Assembly: GCA_963803805.1 (NCBI GenBank)
Contig: CAWDOD010000006.1
Span: 237,561-301,560 of the forward strand
DNA length: 64,000 nt
Source: an uncultured cyanobacterium
GTDB taxonomy: Bacteria > Cyanobacteriota > Cyanobacteriia > Cyanobacteriales > CAWCAG01
Reading direction: 5' to 3'
Positions 9,844-19,141 of this stretch are shown here, piece after piece. Both the position numbers and the translations under genes were made by a program. The first letter of the stretch is position 1; each line of letters begins with the position of its first letter. The notes under the pieces were generated by a model. The model searched no databases and was not told where the DNA came from. It saw nothing but the letters and a program-made list of their open reading frames with translations.

Positions 9844-12429
9844 ATGTTTCTCTGGGAAATTAAACGTACTGTTAAGTACTTGTTTGCAAGGACAGGCTTC
9901 AGTAAGGTTAAGTTTGTTGCTTGGGCGATCGCAACTTTATTTGTGGTGACATCTTTTATTCCTGCTGTGGCCCAAAGTCCTCCACTTCAACATAATCAAA
10001 TAGTACAAGTCAACCTTTTGCAACAAGGCAAACAGCTTTATGAAGGAGGAAGATTAGCTGAAGCTGCTACAACCTGGCAACAAGCACTGGATAACTATCA
10101 ACAACAAGACGCTACTCTTAAGCAAGTTCAAACCTTGAATTACCTCACCTTAGTTTATCAAGACTTAGGAAAATGGTCAGAAGCTAAAGAGGCGATCACC
10201 ACTAGTTTAACATTATTGCAAAGTCAGTCAGAATTAACCTCCATGGGTATTGCTTTGTGGGGGCAAACCTTAAACAATCAAGGGAGTTGGCAACTGGCTA
10301 GAGGACAAACTGAAGCTGCCCTGGAGACTTGGAAACAAGCGGCACAGAAATACCAAGAGGCGGGTAATGACCAAGGGAGGTTAGGAACTCAAATTAATCA
10401 AGCCCAAGCCCTGCAAGTTTTAGGACAGTATCGTCAAGCAAAATCCCTCTTAGAAAAAATTGAGCAACAATTGCAATCTCAACCAGATTCTTTACTCAAA
10501 GCTGATGGTTTGAGAAGTTTGGGGCGGGCTTTACAAACCGTTGGAGATCTGCGCCAAGCTAAGGTTATTTTAGAGGAGAGTTGGCAGATTAGCGATCGCC
10601 TCAATTCAACAGATGATGTGAGTGCCACAATTTTTAGTTTGGCTAACGTGGCTAGGAACTTAGGACAAGAACAAGTTGCCCTAGATTACTATCAAGAAGC
10701 GGCGAGGACGGCCCAAAATCCGATCATTGTTCTCCAAGCTCAATTAAATCAATTAAGCCTCTTGGTTGCTCAGGAAAGGGTGAATGATGCAACTCAGCTT
10801 ATACCCTCAATCAAAGCCCAAATCAAAAACTTACATCCCAACAGGGGTTTGGTTTATGCCAGGGTTAATTTTGCCGAAAGTTTGATGAAGTTTTCCTCCA
10901 GGGCTAATTATGACTCAGAAATTGCTCAGTTATTAGCAGAGGGAGTAAAAGAAGCCAAGCAACTACAAGATCCCCGTGCCGAAGCCGCAATACTTAACCA
11001 ATTAGGTAAACTTTATAGCCAAAAGCAACAATGGACAGAAGCTGGTGAAGTTACTCAACAAGCACTTTACATCGCCCAAACCATTAACGCTGATGATTTA
11101 ATCGCCCGTACTTCCTGGCAATTGGGTAAAGTATTTAAGCAAGAAAATAAAACCCAAAAGGCGATCGCCTCTTATCAACAAGCTTGGGAAACTCTACAAA
11201 AGTTACGCAGTGATCTTGTCTCCGTAAATTCTGATATTCAATTTGATTTTCAAGAAAGCGTTGAACCGGTTTACCGAGAATTAGTCAGTTTATTATTGCA
11301 AGCAGAGGATAATCAAGACAATCTGCAACAAGCCCGTCAAGTAATTGAAGCCTTGCAGCTAGCAGAAATAGAAGACTTCTTCCAAGAAGCTTGTTTAGAA
11401 GCTCGTCCGGTGGAACTTGAAAGCCTTGATGCTAAAGCAGCGGTTATTTACCCGATCATTTTAAGCGATCGCTTAGAAGTAATTCTTTCTTTACCAGATA
11501 AACCCTTAAAGCATTATGCCACTCAATTGGACTCCCAGAAAGTCAACAATATACTACAAAAACTATACTCTTCCTTCTATTTGGGGTATTCTAATGAAGA
11601 GCGGCTGCAACTTGCCCAACAGGTTTATGGCTGGCTAATCCAATCTGCGGAGGAAGACTTAGCAAGCAATAATATTCAAACCCTCGTGTTTGTCCTTGAC
11701 GGCTTCTTAAGAAGCTTGCCCATGAATGCCCTTTATGATGGTAAGCAATACTTAATCGAAAAGTATAGCATCGCTCTGAGTCCTGGGTTGCAACTACTAC
11801 CACAAGCACGTTCGAGAGCCAAACTCCAAGCCTTAACCGCCGGCTTAACCCAAGCTCGCGCTGGGTTTCCGCCCTTACCCGGAGTCGCCGTAGAAGTAGA
11901 ACAAATCTCTTCTGATTTGAATGACCCTAAAGTGATGCTAGATGAGAACTTTACCCGTCTTGCTTTCCAAAGCCAAATTCAAGCCAAGGACTTTGGCATC
12001 GTTCACCTAGCCACCCACGGGCAGTTTAGTTCTGATCCAGAACAGACTTTTTTACTCACTTGGGACGATCGGATTAAAGTGAAGGATTTTGCTCGTTTGT
12101 TCCAAGAAAAGGGTCAAGGAACCAAACCTGTAGAGTTACTTGTTCTTAGTGCTTGTCAAACAGCAGCAGGAGATCGACGAGCAGCCCTAGGATTAGCGGG
12201 ATTTGCCTTACGATCAGGAGCGCTCAGCACTGTAGCAACTCTCTGGTCTGTTAACGACCAGTCTACTGCTGAACTTATGAGCGAGTTTTATCAACAACTA
12301 ACCAAAGTTGATGTCAGTTTAACTAAAGCAGAATCTCTGCGTCAAGCTCAACTCAAGTTGTTGAAAAACCCTCTTTATAACCATCCCTATTATTGGGCCC
12401 CTTTTGTCTTAGTTGGCAACTGGTTGTAA
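9844..12429 (+). CDS. exported TPR-repeat CHAT (caspase-HetF-like) protease
   Basis: hydrophobic leader ending PAVAQ; TPR repeats; intact dyad IVHLATHG and VLSACQT; C-terminal HPYYWAPFVLVGNW. Confidence 0.95.
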   Translation: MFLWEIKRTVKYLFARTGFSKVKFVAWAIATLFVVTSFIPAVAQSPPLQHNQIVQVNLLQQGKQLYEGGRLAEAATTWQQALDNYQQQDATLKQVQTLNYLTLVYQDLGKWSEAKEAITTSLTLLQSQSELTSMGIALWGQTLNNQGSWQLARGQTEAALETWKQAAQKYQEAGNDQGRLGTQINQAQALQVLGQYRQAKSLLEKIEQQLQSQPDSLLKADGLRSLGRALQTVGDLRQAKVILEESWQISDRLNSTDDVSATIFSLANVARNLGQEQVALDYYQEAARTAQNPIIVLQAQLNQLSLLVAQERVNDATQLIPSIKAQIKNLHPNRGLVYARVNFAESLMKFSSRANYDSEIAQLLAEGVKEAKQLQDPRAEAAILNQLGKLYSQKQQWTEAGEVTQQALYIAQTINADDLIARTSWQLGKVFKQENKTQKAIASYQQAWETLQKLRSDLVSVNSDIQFDFQESVEPVYRELVSLLLQAEDNQDNLQQARQVIEALQLAEIEDFFQEACLEARPVELESLDAKAAVIYPIILSDRLEVILSLPDKPLKHYATQLDSQKVNNILQKLYSSFYLGYSNEERLQLAQQVYGWLIQSAEEDLASNNIQTLVFVLDGFLRSLPMNALYDGKQYLIEKYSIALSPGLQLLPQARSRAKLQALTAGLTQARAGFPPLPGVAVEVEQISSDLNDPKVMLDENFTRLAFQSQIQAKDFGIVHLATHGQFSSDPEQTFLLTWDDRIKVKDFARLFQEKGQGTKPVELLVLSACQTAAGDRRAALGLAGFALRSGALSTVATLWSVNDQSTAELMSEFYQQLTKVDVSLTKAESLRQAQLKLLKNPLYNHPYYWAPFVLVGNWL

Positions 12430-12470
12430 AGAGTTACTTTTATGTTCATCACCCATGAGGATTAATATCC

Positions 12471-13475
12471 ATGTTTAAATTACAAAGTTCTCTTTCTCGT
12501 CAGCTATTTTTCTTCATATTCACAGCCTTGATTGCTGTTGGTAGTAGTTTATCTCAATCCGCTTTTGCCCAAGCTACATCAAGTGAAGATAATCTAACTC
12601 CTGACATTAAATTTCAGCCCCCAGGAGATCCTGCTCCCGGTGGTGGTACAGGAGGAGCAAGTCGCGGTGATATTCAGTTTAAAGTCCCCGGAGAGCCTGC
12701 CCCCAGTGATACTACAGGGGGAGGAAGTCGTGGTGATGTCGAATTTCGTCCTGTGGGTGATCCCACCCCCGATAGTGCTACAGGAGGAGCAAGTCGTGGG
12801 GATCTTCAATTCCGTCCGGTGGGGGAACCTGCACCTAAAAGCAGTGTAGGAGGGGGCAGTCGTGGAGATTTGGCCTTTCGCCCAGTGGGTAAACCGGCCC
12901 CAGAAAGAACAGTGGGGGGAGGCAGTCGTAGCGATGATGCCTTAGCCAAAGTTGTTCCTTTACTCCCCAGCAATCAATACGGACATACCGTAGCATCTCA
13001 TCCGACTTTTTACGTTTACTTACCCACAAGCTCTGTTAAGCAAGTATTTTTCAGCATCCAAGATAAAAATAAGCAAAATCTCTACCAAACTACTTTAGAG
13101 GTTTCTGGCGAAGGGGGAATCCTTAGTTTTACTTTACCAGAAGATGCTCCAGAATTAGAGTTGGATAAAGATTATCAATGGTTCTTTGCAACCATCGAAC
13201 CAAAGGGTATTTTACGCCCTGATAATTATGGGGTAACTGGTTGGATAAAGCGAGTTGCGCCACCAACAGCAGCAGTTGCTGATGCAGATTTATCTGCCAT
13301 TGAACGTGCAGCTTTATATGCCAATGCCGGAATTTGGTACGATACCTTAAGCTTGATTGCTAGGGCCAAATTGGAGCAACCGAACAATAGTAGTTTGCAA
13401 GGTGAATGGCAAGACTTGTTGAAGCAAGTAGATTTAGATACAGTTGCAACTCAACCTTTGACAGAGCAGTTGTAG
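12471..13475 (+). CDS. exported DUF928 protein with five N-terminal 22-aa repeats
   Basis: signal peptide ending AFAQ; HPTFYVYLP, GIWYDTL and WQDLLKQV motifs. Confidence 0.92.
   Translation: MFKLQSSLSRQLFFFIFTALIAVGSSLSQSAFAQATSSEDNLTPDIKFQPPGDPAPGGGTGGASRGDIQFKVPGEPAPSDTTGGGSRGDVEFRPVGDPTPDSATGGASRGDLQFRPVGEPAPKSSVGGGSRGDLAFRPVGKPAPERTVGGGSRSDDALAKVVPLLPSNQYGHTVASHPTFYVYLPTSSVKQVFFSIQDKNKQNLYQTTLEVSGEGGILSFTLPEDAPELELDKDYQWFFATIEPKGILRPDNYGVTGWIKRVAPPTAAVADADLSAIERAALYANAGIWYDTLSLIARAKLEQPNNSSLQGEWQDLLKQVDLDTVATQPLTEQL
12606..12935 (+). repeat. 5 x 66-bp coding repeat, consensus hxFxPxGxPAPxxxxGG(A/G)SRGD
   Basis: units start at 12606, 12672, 12738, 12804 and 12870. Confidence 0.95.
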
Positions 13476-13504
13476 TGATTTGTCAAAGGTTAACTGCTGT
13501 TTTA

Positions 13505-13586
13505 CTCCCCCCTGCCTTCTCAAGGGGGAGAATCTAGCAAAAGCTTTCTAGCTTCCAGTCCCTCTTTGTAAGGGAAATTTAGGAAG
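13505..13586. repeat. degenerate cyanobacterial double-hairpin intergenic repeat (poly-C/poly-G stems)
   Basis: CTCCCCCT...AGGGGGAG stem, then a weaker TCCCT...AGGGA stem. Confidence 0.45.
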
Positions 13587-13679
13587 AGCAAGGAAGTGAT
13601 GAACAACAATTTTTTGCCATGTTGCTCATCAGCTATAGACTTAGACTTCTCAGTAGCTAACATAAAATGGTATGAGTCT

Positions 13680-13973
13680 GTGATCTTAGAAGTTGCGATT
13701 CTTGATGTTAAGCCTGGTTTGGGTGCTGAGTTTGAAACTGCTTTCCAAACTGCCTCAATCATTATTGCTTCCATGCCAGGGTATATTGCTCATGAACTTC
13801 AACGTTGTCTAGAAACTGCCAACCGATATATTTTGCTTGTACGCTGGCACAAGTTGGAAGATCATACCATTGGGTTTAGACAGTCCCCAGAATATCAAGA
13901 GTGGCGTTCTTTATTGCATCATTTTTATGAACCATTCCCAACGGTAGAACATTATCAATTGGTAATTATTTAA
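13680..13973 (+). CDS. antibiotic biosynthesis monooxygenase (ABM) family protein
   Basis: MILEVAILDVKPG...HTIGFRQSPEYQEW; GTG at 13680 preferred over the track start 13596. Confidence 0.88.
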   Translation: MILEVAILDVKPGLGAEFETAFQTASIIIASMPGYIAHELQRCLETANRYILLVRWHKLEDHTIGFRQSPEYQEWRSLLHHFYEPFPTVEHYQLVII

Positions 13974-14099
13974 TTTGGTTGGAAATCTCTCCTTACTAAA
14001 AAATAGCTGTGAACTTTTTGGAGAGTACTTGCGGAAAACTCCTATGGGTTTCTGTAGAAACTCAACAACGTTGAATCCCAAATACGAAAGCTCATCCCC

Positions 14100-14903
14100 A
14101 TGAACAAAAAGATTGTTTTAGGTAGTTTTTTAGCTAGCGGATTAATCGGTATCTCCTTGCTTACTGGTTGCGGAAATACAACCTCGAAACAAGCAATAGA
14201 ACCAGCAACCACAGAAGAAACAACCACTACCACAACTCAAGAATCTCCTCCTGTCCCACAAGCTAATTCCCCTGTCCCCGCCGCTTCTCAAGGGGCTAAG
14301 GGGAATGTTGCTAGTAACAGCATTAAGCAAACGGGAACAGAACTTTGTACCAATGCAGCAGGTGCAAGACCAACTATCGCTTATTATGAAACTAAAGGTT
14401 TTGAAGTATCTATCTGCGGCAGGGATGGCGATATTTATTACCACGGGGCTGATAAAAAGAATGGTAATGCTATAACTTTGCCTGCTAGCTATCGCAACGG
14501 TGCTGGTTATGTAGCCGTTAATGGCAAAACAACTTACATTATCAACCAATCTTCCCTAACTGTATTAGATAACGGCAAGGAAATCCTTAACCAAGCGGTT
14601 ATTACTGCCTCGGATTCAGAAACTGATGGTAATCAAGCTTATTGCCCCGATGCTGCTGGGGGAACACCTCAAATTGAATCCTATGAAACTAAAGGATTTA
14701 ATGTTTATCTCTGTGGCGGGGATGGAGAAATTTTCTATCACGGCGTTGATAAAAAGAATGGTAATGCTATAACTTTACCGGCTAGCTATCGCAACGGTGC
14801 TGGTTATGTAGCCGTTAATGGCAAGACAACTTACATTATTAACGAATCTTCCTTAACTGTGTTGAATAACGGCAAAGAAATCCTTAGTCAGCCTGTCTTA
14901 TAA
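14100..14903 (+). CDS. lipoprotein with two copies of an uncharacterised ~85-aa domain
   Basis: lipobox LTGC; internal duplication with 297-bp period. Confidence 0.85.
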   Translation: MNKKIVLGSFLASGLIGISLLTGCGNTTSKQAIEPATTEETTTTTTQESPPVPQANSPVPAASQGAKGNVASNSIKQTGTELCTNAAGARPTIAYYETKGFEVSICGRDGDIYYHGADKKNGNAITLPASYRNGAGYVAVNGKTTYIINQSSLTVLDNGKEILNQAVITASDSETDGNQAYCPDAAGGTPQIESYETKGFNVYLCGGDGEIFYHGVDKKNGNAITLPASYRNGAGYVAVNGKTTYIINESSLTVLNNGKEILSQPVL

Positions 14904-14957
14904 GTTTTTGGGAAAACTTAAGTCATATCGCCAAGTAACTCAATTAAGTCAAGAAAA

Positions 14958-15572
14958 ATGAACAAAAATATTATTCTCGGTAGTCTCATCGCTGGTGGAT
15001 TAATCGGCGCTGCTGTTATTATGGGTTTTGTCATGAGCAAACCTGATGCCCCACAACAAGCAGCTATTGAAACAGAAGCAACAGAAACTACAGAAGAAGT
15101 AGTAGAAGAGCAAAACACTTCCTCAACTCAAACTAATCAAACTGCTGTCCCCGCACCTGCCTCACAAGCCCCTGCCCCCGCAGCGCAAAAGGTAACCGCA
15201 CCTGCCGCACCTGCCTCAAAACCTGCCCCCGTAGCACAAGCACCCGTACCTACACACGCTCCAGTACCAAAAAAAGCTGTCTCTCAAGAGAATACTTCAG
15301 AAGGTTCAGAATTTTGCCCAGATAGAGCAGGAGGAGCGCCTCAAGTGGCTTTTTATGAAACGAAGAACTTTTATGTTTATATTTGTGATGTTGACCAACT
15401 CTATTACCATGGTGTAAGCAAAAAAGATGGTAATTTTATTAACCTTCCTGCTTACGCTGAAGAGGGAACAGGTTATGTAGCAGAAAATGGAGATTATACT
15501 TACATCATTAATGGTGCATCCCTAACTGTTATGCAAGGTGACAAAGTTCTTCAAGAAGAAAGGGTTTTTTAA
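14958..15572 (+). CDS. membrane-anchored paralogue with one copy of the same domain
   Basis: similar N-terminus; Pro/Ala stalk; YETKNFYVYIC...YYHG...GYVAENG. Confidence 0.85.
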   Translation: MNKNIILGSLIAGGLIGAAVIMGFVMSKPDAPQQAAIETEATETTEEVVEEQNTSSTQTNQTAVPAPASQAPAPAAQKVTAPAAPASKPAPVAQAPVPTHAPVPKKAVSQENTSEGSEFCPDRAGGAPQVAFYETKNFYVYICDVDQLYYHGVSKKDGNFINLPAYAEEGTGYVAENGDYTYIINGASLTVMQGDKVLQEERVF

Positions 15573-15673
15573 GAAAACTCCAAGAAAAGATTTATCTATT
15601 GGTAAGGATATTTTATTTATTGGAGTACTCTAAGAGTAAGAGATTTAAGAGATTGAAGTTATGGGGGCATCTA

Positions 15674-16462
15674 TTATTTGAAACGCACTAAATTAACTCG
15701 ATAACGCTTCTTTTTAGTAATCGCCACATCTCCCACTTCCAAACGCCCTTTACCCCGCACAGAAATTAAGTCTCCTGATTCTACATTATGACTAGGTTGT
15801 TTGACATCTTTCCAGTTGACTCGCACATCTCCTGAACTAATCGCTTCGGCCATCTTACTACGAGACATACCCAAACCCGCAGAGGCGATCGCATCTAAAC
15901 GTAGAGAAGCTTCTACGGTGGTTAGTTCTTTCTTTTTTGGGGGCCTAACTTTAAGTTCACTCAGTTCAATCCGTTTCGTTTTAACGGGAACAGAACGTAC
16001 TTGCATTAAAGCTGTTTCTAGAAATTCTCCTAATTCTGGTACGACAACAACTTGGGCCCCTCGTTCTCCTAAAACGATAATGTCTCCGACTTTTTCCCTA
16101 ACTACTCCTGTACCCAAAATTGCTCCCAAAAAGTCCCGGTGGTTAGCTGGGTCAAAAAGGAAGTTTCCTGCAATATCAAGGGCTTGTAGCTCAATTTGGC
16201 TCAGATCAGGGGGAACTTCTTCGCGGGCTATCCCCACTCTTTGCCTTTCGGCTTGAGGATACCCACCCCAAGCTACCATTTGCACTTCTGTTAAGCGATT
16301 AAAAATGCGTTCAACTTCTGCTAAAACAGGGGGAGATAAGAAGTCAGTTAAAGCCACTTCCCAATTTTTCAGAGAACGTTCAGCCAAATCAAGAACACGA
16401 GCAATACTCTCACGATCTTCAACCCCTTTTAATAGTTCTTCTCTCGGCAACATTTTAATCAA
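15674..16462 (-). CDS. photosystem II S4 domain protein (Sll1252/YlmH family)
   Basis: GGYPQAERQR, HRDFLGAIL and a C-terminal S4 domain (SLRLDAI...GKGRL). Confidence 0.92.
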   Translation of the reverse strand: MIKMLPREELLKGVEDRESIARVLDLAERSLKNWEVALTDFLSPPVLAEVERIFNRLTEVQMVAWGGYPQAERQRVGIAREEVPPDLSQIELQALDIAGNFLFDPANHRDFLGAILGTGVVREKVGDIIVLGERGAQVVVVPELGEFLETALMQVRSVPVKTKRIELSELKVRPPKKKELTTVEASLRLDAIASAGLGMSRSKMAEAISSGDVRVNWKDVKQPSHNVESGDLISVRGKGRLEVGDVAITKKKRYRVNLVRFK

Positions 16463-16605
16463 TTATTCAGTTATTCAGTTATCAGTGCTTGGACAAGCTT
16501 ACTAACCTCAGTAAAGATTGTCCTTTTTCCTTTACCCTTTCCCCCAAACTCAATACACTACAAAGAAAGTATATTCTTAAGTTTTTAGTTTTTAATTTTT
16601 AATTC

Positions 16606-17109
16606 TCAATCAGTATATCCTTGCATCTCCTCCGGGGTAAACCTTCGTAAAAGAGATGTTGCTTCATCAACCTGTTGTTCTGTACCTTGGACGACGATTA
16701 AATACTTACCTGCATTAAGACGGTTACGGTATGGTAAGGCATCACCACTTCCTAATGATAAACCTATTCCACCACCAACGAAAGCGCTGCCCATTGCTCC
16801 GGCGATCGCACCAAAGATACCACCAATAACATGATTGCCTAAAACTCCAACTCCACCGATGATATCTATTTTAGTGATGGAGTTGAAAGCAAAGCCAGCC
16901 AAAAAGCCAAAAGGTACTAGCCAAATTGCCATAAGCTTCGCTCTTTTTGTAGCTTGGGTATTAGGGTTAAGAAAGCCAAATTCATCAGCGCTTTTGTAAC
17001 CTCTTCCCAAAATACTAACTGCTTGGGACGGAAAGCCAGCTTTTTCTAGAGCAGTATAGGCTTCTTCTGCCTCCAAGCGATTTGGTAGTACAGCAACGAG
17101 ATAGTTCAT
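16606..17109 (-). CDS. conserved cyanobacterial membrane protein
   Basis: two Gly-rich TM segments inside a split soluble domain. Confidence 0.8.
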   Translation of the reverse strand: MNYLVAVLPNRLEAEEAYTALEKAGFPSQAVSILGRGYKSADEFGFLNPNTQATKRAKLMAIWLVPFGFLAGFAFNSITKIDIIGGVGVLGNHVIGGIFGAIAGAMGSAFVGGGIGLSLGSGDALPYRNRLNAGKYLIVVQGTEQQVDEATSLLRRFTPEEMQGYTD

Positions 17110-17326
17110 CCTTCTTAATAATCCTAGAAAACCCCAACGATGAGAAAATACAGTGTTAGGAACATAACAAGGAATATCATCTCATCTTAAGGGGACATTG
17201 AAATGGGAGAATGTGCTATTACTGCTGTTTTTTAAACGTCAACTTAATTTTTGTTTTCTTTTGTTCAAGTTATTGGAGTAACTTGAACAAACTGTACACA
17301 ACTTGCTCTTAACCCGTCTAGGTAAT

Positions 17327-18907
17327 ATGTCGAAGGTTCTTGTTTCAGACTCAATTGATCAAGCTGGAATTGATATCCTCTCCCAAGTTGCTCAAGTGGA
17401 TGTCCAACTTGGTTTATCCCCCGAAGAATTGGTTAAGGCTATTCCAGAATATGATGCTTTAATGATTCGTTCTGGCACGAAGGTAACAGAAGAGGTTATC
17501 GAAGCTAGTAATAATCTCAAAATTATTGGCCGTGCCGGAGTTGGAGTTGATAATATCAACATTCCTGGGGCCACTCGTAAAGGTATTGTGGTGGTTAATT
17601 CCCCTGAAGGTAATACCATCGCCGCCGCCGAACACGCTTTAGCGATGATGCTATCTTTGTCCCGGATGGTTCCTTCTGCTAACCAATCAGTTAAAAGTGG
17701 TAAGTGGGAACGTAAACGCTTTATTGGTTCAGAAGTTTATAAAAAAACTCTGGGTATCGTTGGTTTAGGTAAAATTGGTTCCCATGTTGCTGCTGCTGCG
17801 CGGGCAATGGGCATGAAATTATTAGCTTTTGATCCCTTTATTTCTGCTGAGAGGGCAGAACAATTAAATTGCCGTTTGGTGGATTTGAATTTACTGTTCT
17901 CAGAAGCAGATTATATTACCCTCCACGTTCCCAAAACGAAAGAAACTACTCATTTGATCAATGCTAAAACTTTAGGTCAAATGAAGCCCAATGCTCGGAT
18001 CATCAACTGTTCCCGTGGCGGTATTATTGATGAAGTTGCTTTAGCTGAAGCTTTGAGGGCAGAAACAATTGCTGGGGCAGCGTTAGATGTTTTTGAGGAA
18101 GAACCTTTAGGAGAATCTCTTTTAAGGGAATTTGGCTCTAATGTTATTCTCACCCCTCATCTAGGAGCCTCTACAACAGAAGCCCAGGTGAATGTAGCGA
18201 TAGATGTAGCAGAACAAATTCGCGACGTTCTCTTAGGGCTTCCAGCCCGTTCTGCGGTTAATATTCCTGGACTTAGCCCTGATGTGCTAGAGAAATTACG
18301 TCCTTACTTACAATTAGCAGAAACCTTGGGTAAGTTGGTAGGACAACTCGCTGGGGGCAGGATTGAATCTTTGAAGGTTAACTTGCAAGGAGAATTAGCT
18401 TCTAATCAAAGTCAGCCTTTAGTTATAGCTTCTTTGAAAGGTTTATTATCCCAAGCTTTGCGGGAACGAGTCAACTATGTCAATGCTGGCATTGAAGCTA
18501 AGGAACGAGGTATTAGAATTATTGAAACCAGAGATGCTGAAGTACGAGATTATTCTGGTTCCTTGCATTTATCTGCCCTTGGTTCTTTAGGAGAACATTC
18601 CGTTACCGGAGTCTTATTAGCCGACGGGGAAATGCGTATCACGAACCTTGATGAATTTCCTATCAATGTTCCTCCCACCAACAATATGTTGTTCACTTTG
18701 CACCGAGATATGCCAGGAATTATTGGTAAGATCGGTTCTCTATTAGGCAGTTTTAATGTCAATATTGCCAGTATGCAAGTAGGCAGAAAAATTGTCCGAG
18801 GGGATGCTGTAATGGCTTTGAGCCTAGATGATCCTTTGCCAGAAGGCATTTTGGCAGAAATCATCAAAGTTCCCGGTATACGGGATGCTTATACAGTAAC
18901 GCTCTAA
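17327..18907 (+). CDS. serA: D-3-phosphoglycerate dehydrogenase
   Basis: GRAGVGVDN, GLGKIG and TPHLGAST motifs; C-terminal ACT domain; ATG at 17327 preferred. Confidence 0.97.
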   Translation: MSKVLVSDSIDQAGIDILSQVAQVDVQLGLSPEELVKAIPEYDALMIRSGTKVTEEVIEASNNLKIIGRAGVGVDNINIPGATRKGIVVVNSPEGNTIAAAEHALAMMLSLSRMVPSANQSVKSGKWERKRFIGSEVYKKTLGIVGLGKIGSHVAAAARAMGMKLLAFDPFISAERAEQLNCRLVDLNLLFSEADYITLHVPKTKETTHLINAKTLGQMKPNARIINCSRGGIIDEVALAEALRAETIAGAALDVFEEEPLGESLLREFGSNVILTPHLGASTTEAQVNVAIDVAEQIRDVLLGLPARSAVNIPGLSPDVLEKLRPYLQLAETLGKLVGQLAGGRIESLKVNLQGELASNQSQPLVIASLKGLLSQALRERVNYVNAGIEAKERGIRIIETRDAEVRDYSGSLHLSALGSLGEHSVTGVLLADGEMRITNLDEFPINVPPTNNMLFTLHRDMPGIIGKIGSLLGSFNVNIASMQVGRKIVRGDAVMALSLDDPLPEGILAEIIKVPGIRDAYTVTL

Positions 18908-18915
18908 TTTGCAAC

Positions 18916-18959
18916 TAGAGACGCAGTATTGTTAATTATTGAAGATACTGCGTCTCTAC
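18916..18959. repeat. REP-like palindrome TAGAGACGCAGTAT...ATACTGCGTCTCTAC
   Basis: 14-bp perfect stem with 15-nt loop, just after the serA stop. Confidence 0.75.
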
Positions 18960-19002
18960 CAAGAAACTTGATTAAGCTGTTTGATATTTTAGATTACTTA
19001 TT

Positions 19003-19135
19003 GGGGAGCAGGGAACAGGGAACAGGGTATCTCCGCAGCGGAGACGTTTTGCGAACGCGTAAGCGTTGCCGTAAGGCTACAGGGAACAGTTATTTAATTA
19101 TCTTACCTATTACCCATTACCCATTACCTATTACT
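19003..19135. repeat. STRR tracts (GGGAACA, CCCATTA) with nested GC-rich mini-hairpin inserts
   Basis: heptamer run interrupted at about 19027-19078 by CTCCGCAGCGGAG and CGTTTTGCGAACG hairpins and the 21-nt repeat core. Confidence 0.7.
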
Positions 19136-19141
19136 TAAATC

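Noticed and set aside
12660-12870. Four RGD tripeptides as integrin-binding motifs
   Set aside because: They arise from the repeat junction, the fifth unit has RSD, and nothing suggests an animal host. They also do not match the PatS RGSGR motif.
18929-19138. 69-aa ORF in the serA-prmA spacer
   Set aside because: Composed of REP, STRR and SDR-like repeats (PITHYP-type translation).
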